DNA of 20,000 bases from an uncultured virus (IMG/VR IMGVR_UViG_3300037631_006629) (lineage: Duplodnaviria > Heunggongvirae > Uroviricota > Caudoviricetes). A program made the position numbers and the translations under genes. Location: positions 53,968 through 73,967 of the IMG/VR virus record IMGVR_UViG_3300037631_006629; one strand, written 5' to 3'. Positions within the stretch are counted from its first letter, which is position 1, and every line of letters begins with the position of its first letter. Positions 16,746 to 20,000 of this stretch are shown piece by piece. A model generated the notes under the pieces. The model saw only the letters and a list, made by a program, of their open reading frames with translations, did no database searches and had not been told where the DNA came from.

Positions 16746-17582
16746 TTAGTAATTTGTGATATAAAGATGATTAACTTTTCTTTGAACTTTATTTCTATCT
16801 TTAAAAGCAATATTGTAATTAAACTTATTGCTTTTAATGTTAAATTTCTGGTAAAGACTCTCATATAAAACATCTTCGCAGTGCACAATCATCCAATTTG
16901 CATGCTTTATATTAGCTACCTCATGAAACAATTCAACGTGATGTCTATCATTCCACTCTTCAACAGGATATCCTGCCCTATTTCTGTAGGGAGGATCTAT
17001 AAATATAAAGTTGTCTTTTTTGTCGTTTGCCCTAATACACTTTTTATAGTCTTCACAAGTTATAACTGTTTTGTTCTTTAGAAAGTCATGATGCTTTTGT
17101 GTTAGATTATTAGTAAACTTTTTATACCATCCATAGGGTACATTAAAGTTTTTTGTTTTTTCGTTGACTCTTAACATTCCGCTAAAGCATAGCTGTCTGA
17201 TTATGAAAAAAGCGTATGCAGCTTCTGCTCTTTTAGAGTAATCTTTATTGTTTAAAATATCACGCTGCTTATAGAACTCGTCTTCCAGAGAATGTAGATT
17301 AGCTCTGTTTGGGTCATCTTTTCTAGCAAAGGGTATATTAGAATATGCATTTCTAATTAAACTGTCAATCTTTGAGTAATCGCTAGGGTCTGCTATCGCT
17401 TCGTAAAAATTACTAATGTCTTTGTCTAGATCGTTAATAACAGATTTTTTTTCCAAGTGAAAAGCAATTGCAGCGCTTCCTGCAAAAGGCTCTACTACAG
17501 TATCAATAGTTTGAGGAAGCAATTCTACAATTCTTTTAGTCTCTTGCTTTTTTCCACCTGGCCACTTAAACAACTTCTTCAT
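16746..17582 (-). CDS. D12-class N6-adenine DNA methyltransferase (Dam-like)
   Basis: FKWPGGK, VEPFAGSAA (SAM binding), VINDLD, FIDPPY (catalytic). Target sequence unknown. Confidence 0.93.
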   Translation of the reverse strand: MKKLFKWPGGKKQETKRIVELLPQTIDTVVEPFAGSAAIAFHLEKKSVINDLDKDISNFYEAIADPSDYSKIDSLIRNAYSNIPFARKDDPNRANLHSLEDEFYKQRDILNNKDYSKRAEAAYAFFIIRQLCFSGMLRVNEKTKNFNVPYGWYKKFTNNLTQKHHDFLKNKTVITCEDYKKCIRANDKKDNFIFIDPPYRNRAGYPVEEWNDRHHVELFHEVANIKHANWMIVHCEDVLYESLYQKFNIKSNKFNYNIAFKDRNKVQRKVNHLYITNY

Positions 17583-18276
17583 TTAATAAGCTTTCTAAAA
17601 CACTTATGTGTTTTTTAATATTTGAAGTTAACTTAGTTTTTCCGTCTTTTTTAGTACGAGAAGCAAAATTATCTGTATCAAATCCCGGAAACATTTCTAA
17701 GAATTCTTTTGAACCAATCCTTACACAATCTTTATGAGTAATTTGATTTGAAATGTTTAATTCAACAAATGTTTTCCAATAACTTTGACTTTGATCACCA
17801 ACAGTCAATATAACAAATTTATTACAACCAGACTTTTTAAATCTTTGAATATAATCGTCAGCTTTAAATTTACTGTCAAAAGTACCATTTTCACCACCAT
17901 TTTTAACTTCACAGTAAGTCTTGATGCCTGTTTCATTGTGTATTACTAAAACGTCAATATATGATTTTTTTTCTTTAGTTTTACCATTACTATCTTTCAT
18001 TGTATATTTGTTTAATACATGAGAAGTAGCTGTAAAATCTTTACAATATGTGTTTATTGTTTCTTCGATAATACTTTCTAAAGTAAAAGAGTTAGAAATA
18101 TTTGAACCATGTATAAGTCCTCTTAAAGCATTACATAATTCAAGATCATTTGTTTCACTTAAGTAACATGAAAGAGAATTAAACATATCAATTCTCTTTT
18201 GTAGGTTTTCATTTGATATGTCGTAGTAACTTTTAACTTTAGTGTCGCTAGATGATGTTTTATTCCATTTATTCAT
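17566..18276 (-). CDS. putative PD-(D/E)xK endonuclease (type II restriction enzyme candidate)
   Basis: LESII...YIDVLV...YCEVKNG pattern; overlaps the methyltransferase start by 17 nt. Confidence 0.6.
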   Translation of the reverse strand: MNKWNKTSSSDTKVKSYYDISNENLQKRIDMFNSLSCYLSETNDLELCNALRGLIHGSNISNSFTLESIIEETINTYCKDFTATSHVLNKYTMKDSNGKTKEKKSYIDVLVIHNETGIKTYCEVKNGGENGTFDSKFKADDYIQRFKKSGCNKFVILTVGDQSQSYWKTFVELNISNQITHKDCVRIGSKEFLEMFPGFDTDNFASRTKKDGKTKLTSNIKKHISVLESLLNEEVV

Positions 18277-18314
18277 GTTGTTTCCTTAAATATGTAGGTT
18301 TGTTGTTATGATTT

Positions 18315-18345
18315 ATTATATTACAATATTGATTATTTTACACGC
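18315..18345 (-). promoter_or_regulatory. promoter GCGTGTAA-N17-TATAAT for the nuclease-methylase operon
   Basis: Minus strand reads GCGTGTAA AATAATCAATATTGTAA TATAAT. Confidence 0.75.
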
Positions 18346-18467
18346 AATTGTTTTTAAAAAGGATGTTTACTATAACAATTAAATGCATGAGATAAATAGC
18401 ATATTAACTTAGAGAAAATGTGTATTGCAGATAAAGAAAAACATAATAATGAGTTAGTAATCAAAAA

Positions 18468-18550
18468 TACCACCAGCCGGGATCGAACCGGCACGACATA
18501 ATGTCGGGGGATTTTAAGTCCCCTGCGTCTACCTATTCCGCCATGATGGT
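18468..18550 (-). tRNA. tRNA-Leu (TAA)
   Basis: ACCATCA/TGGTGGT acceptor stem, GGGGA-CTTAAAA-TCCCC anticodon arm, long variable arm, GGTTCGATCC T-arm; no encoded CCA. Confidence 0.95.
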
Positions 18551-18554
18551 GTAA

Positions 18555-18627
18555 AGCTAATAAAGGGACTCGAACCCTTAACCTGCTGATTACAAATCAG
18601 CTGCTCTGCCAATTGAGCTATATTAGC
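18555..18627 (-). tRNA. tRNA-Thr (TGT)
   Basis: GCTAATA/TATTAGC acceptor stem, GCTGA-TTTGTAA-TCAGC anticodon arm, GGTTCGAGTCC; no CCA. Confidence 0.95.
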
Positions 18628-18634
18628 GATATAG

Positions 18635-18706
18635 TACACCCGGTAGGATTTGAACCTACGACCAATGGCTTAGAAGGCCACTGCTCTTCCACTGAGCTAC
18701 GAGTGC
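18635..18706 (-). tRNA. tRNA-Arg (TCT)
   Basis: GCACTCG/CGGGTGT acceptor stem, GTGGC-CTTCTAA-GCCAT anticodon arm, GGTTCAAATCC; no CCA. Confidence 0.95.
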
Positions 18707-18733
18707 TTATTGAGCATTATATGATACTGTATT

Positions 18734-18898
18734 TTAAGTAAATAATTTATTTATAATGTAAATTAAAAAAATAGAAACAAACCCAGGAGTATAAAAAACA
18801 ATGCAAAATCTGAAGGATAGGTTTAATACTTCAAGATAAGTTAACTTTTTATCTTTTATAATATAGTCTTTAATGTCATTTATTGTTTTTTTATACAT
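18734..18898 (-). CDS. small membrane protein (54 aa; start re-assigned)
   Basis: ATG at 18898 overlaps the upstream stop; MYKKTINDIK... with a hydrophobic C-terminus. Confidence 0.55.
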   Translation of the reverse strand: MYKKTINDIKDYIIKDKKLTYLEVLNLSFRFCIVFYTPGFVSIFLIYIINKLFT

Positions 18899-19280
18899 GC
18901 TTTTTTTTCGGTATATGCTGAAATATAATGTATGGATACCACTGGTCTGCATATGAAGTACCAATTCTAAGCCATATGTGCTCATCTTCAATATCTCTAA
19001 GAACGTAACCAGAAAATTCATCATCTATATCAGAATTAATATTTTCCATTCGTACTTTTGCTAAGTTTTTTTGCGCAATAAAACTTTTGTTTTGATTAGC
19101 ATCAGCGTAAAGCACGTAATCAAGCATGCTCCTGTATCCATCCATCTCATCTTCTACAGCTAACCACAATATATTGTCAAATTTAAAGGTATGTTCTTGT
19201 TCGTTTGCACCTTCGTAGTCTCCTACAACGCCAACGAGATTATGAAAGTGGTATAAAATTGATTTTTCTATACATTCCAT
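18891..19280 (-). CDS. hypothetical phage protein
   Basis: 129 aa, starts immediately after the upstream stop; EDEMDGYRS and WLRIGTSYADQWYP. Confidence 0.75.
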   Translation of the reverse strand: MECIEKSILYHFHNLVGVVGDYEGANEQEHTFKFDNILWLAVEDEMDGYRSMLDYVLYADANQNKSFIAQKNLAKVRMENINSDIDDEFSGYVLRDIEDEHIWLRIGTSYADQWYPYIIFQHIPKKKHV

Positions 19281-19601
19281 TTAAAGTGTTTCTTCGCTTT
19301 CTAGAGTAATTCTTTCAATCTCTTTTTTAAATGCATTGTTATATGAAATAGTATTGGTTTGCGGCATATTATCTATCAGCTGTAAAGACAATTCAGCATA
19401 CTCAGTAGTTGCAATTACTGGAAATGTTAAAATTAGATTGTCATCTTCTATAAAAGACTGACAAAATCTACAAGTTAGTTTATCAAAAAATTGTTCAGGA
19501 TCTATTTTTGTTTTATGCTTTTTATTAATAGCACTTATTGTTGAGTATATGATATTGTCAGAAAGTGTTGGATGTCTGTTGATCTTTAAACTTTTATTCA
19601 T
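19281..19601 (-). CDS. hypothetical protein (start re-assigned to MNKSLKINRH)
   Basis: GAGGT RBS before ATG at 19601; the longer ORF-track version runs through a tRNA. Confidence 0.7.
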   Translation of the reverse strand: MNKSLKINRHPTLSDNIIYSTISAINKKHKTKIDPEQFFDKLTCRFCQSFIEDDNLILTFPVIATTEYAELSLQLIDNMPQTNTISYNNAFKKEIERITLESEETL

Positions 19602-19630
19602 ATTTACCTCGTAAAATTTAAAATTATAAA

Positions 19631-19703
19631 TGGGCCCGGTGGGGATTGAACCCACGACCGGCCGATTATGAGTCGGATGCTCTAACCACTGAGCTACAGG
19701 CCC
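19631..19703 (-). tRNA. tRNA with CAT anticodon, probably tRNA-Ile2 (lysidine-modified, reads AUA)
   Basis: GGGCCTGTAGCTCAGTGGTTAGAGCATCCGACTCATAATCGG...GGTTCAATCC; paired first base and no GGG/CCC anticodon stem argue against initiator Met; no CCA. Confidence 0.85.
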
Positions 19704-19711
19704 GTAAGATA

Positions 19712-19837
19712 TTGAGGTTCCCAACTTCCTCAACTAGACACAGCCTAAATGATCATTACTTCGATCACGCTTCCGCAACCACAAAATAGCATTCTGCTAG
19801 TAATGCATGCTAACTATAATGATGGTCTGTGTCCCCC
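19712..19837 (-). ncRNA. putative structured noncoding RNA of unknown family
   Basis: Closing stem GGACACAG/CTGTGTCT, internal hairpins including a GGAA tetraloop, 3' hairpin TTGAGG/CCTCAA; TATAAT just upstream. Confidence 0.5.
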
Positions 19838-19852
19838 ACATATTATATTTAA

Positions 19853-20000
19853 TTATCGAGGTGTTACTAAAATAGTATTTTCTCCGTTTGTATACACATT
19901 AGTAATTTCAGAGCTATCATAGTTTTCTGCTACTTGCTGAATTCTACGAAGTTGATCATTTAGTCTAAACAAAGGAGTAAACTGTGATGTTCCGTTTTGA
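19853..20000 (-). CDS. 3' end of a hypothetical protein (starts beyond window)
   Basis: Open frame QNGTSQFTPLFRLNDQLRRIQQVAENYDSSEITNVYTNGENTILVTPR then TAA. Confidence 0.6.
   Translation of the reverse strand, partial: QNGTSQFTPLFRLNDQLRRIQQVAENYDSSEITNVYTNGENTILVTPR

Noticed and set aside
219..17081. Shadow ORFs (219..404, 315..512, 2094..2288, 2481..2732, 2857..3075, 3761..3952, 4608..4874, 4970..5215, 7431..7868, 8570..8803, 12246..12428, 12740..12922, 14472..14720, 16881..17081)
   Set aside because: Antisense or out-of-frame overlaps of better-supported genes, with no recognisable motifs.
18899..19024. N-terminal extension of ORF 18734..19024
   Set aside because: Lies out of frame inside gene 18891..19280; the coupled ATG at 18898 is more plausible.
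19602..19733. N-terminal extension of ORF 19281..19733
   Set aside because: It is the translation of the tRNA-CAT gene (GPVAQWLEHPTHNRPVVGSIPTGP); a better ATG with an RBS lies at 19601.
19704..19837. HDV-like (theta) ribozyme, tmRNA or SRP identity for the structured RNA
   Set aside because: It lies 5' rather than 3' of the tRNA, has no P3/L3 or P1.1 elements, no T-arm/CCA end and no SRP helix-8 consensus.
1..20000. Stop-codon reassignment (TAG or TGA)
   Set aside because: Conserved genes are intact in the standard code, the ligase ends at TAG at its expected C-terminus, and no suppressor tRNA is seen.
1..20000. CRISPR array, transposase, intron or intein
   Set aside because: No regularly spaced repeats or mobile-element motifs seen; the ligase and methylase have normal lengths.

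Overview
Very AT-rich, gene-dense DNA that reads as part of a large (jumbo-type) tailed bacteriophage genome; the phage assignment is inferred from gene content. It encodes a partial DUF2201 HExxH metallopeptidase/vWA protein, an ATP-dependent DNA ligase, a lipoprotein C39-like cysteine peptidase paired with a thrombospondin type-3 repeat surface protein resembling myxobacterial MtsC, an Hsp20, a YkuK-type RNase H-like protein, a DUF3310 protein, a Pol-beta/CCA-like nucleotidyltransferase, a secreted trypsin-like protease, a D12-class adenine methyltransferase coupled to a PD-(D/E)xK nuclease, many small hypothetical proteins and four CCA-less tRNAs (Leu-TAA, Thr-TGT, Arg-TCT, probable Ile2-CAT). 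The most notable observations are: two otherwise unrelated proteins sharing an N-terminal TKxxLKEW..F motif and a C-terminal FKxKxGSAWG-stop motif; a folded ~125-nt noncoding element just upstream of tRNA-CAT; the MtsC-like cassette; a paralogous pair of uncharacterised proteins; and a recurrent RTGTA-N17/18-TATAAT promoter. Family calls come from motif recognition only; no searches were run.
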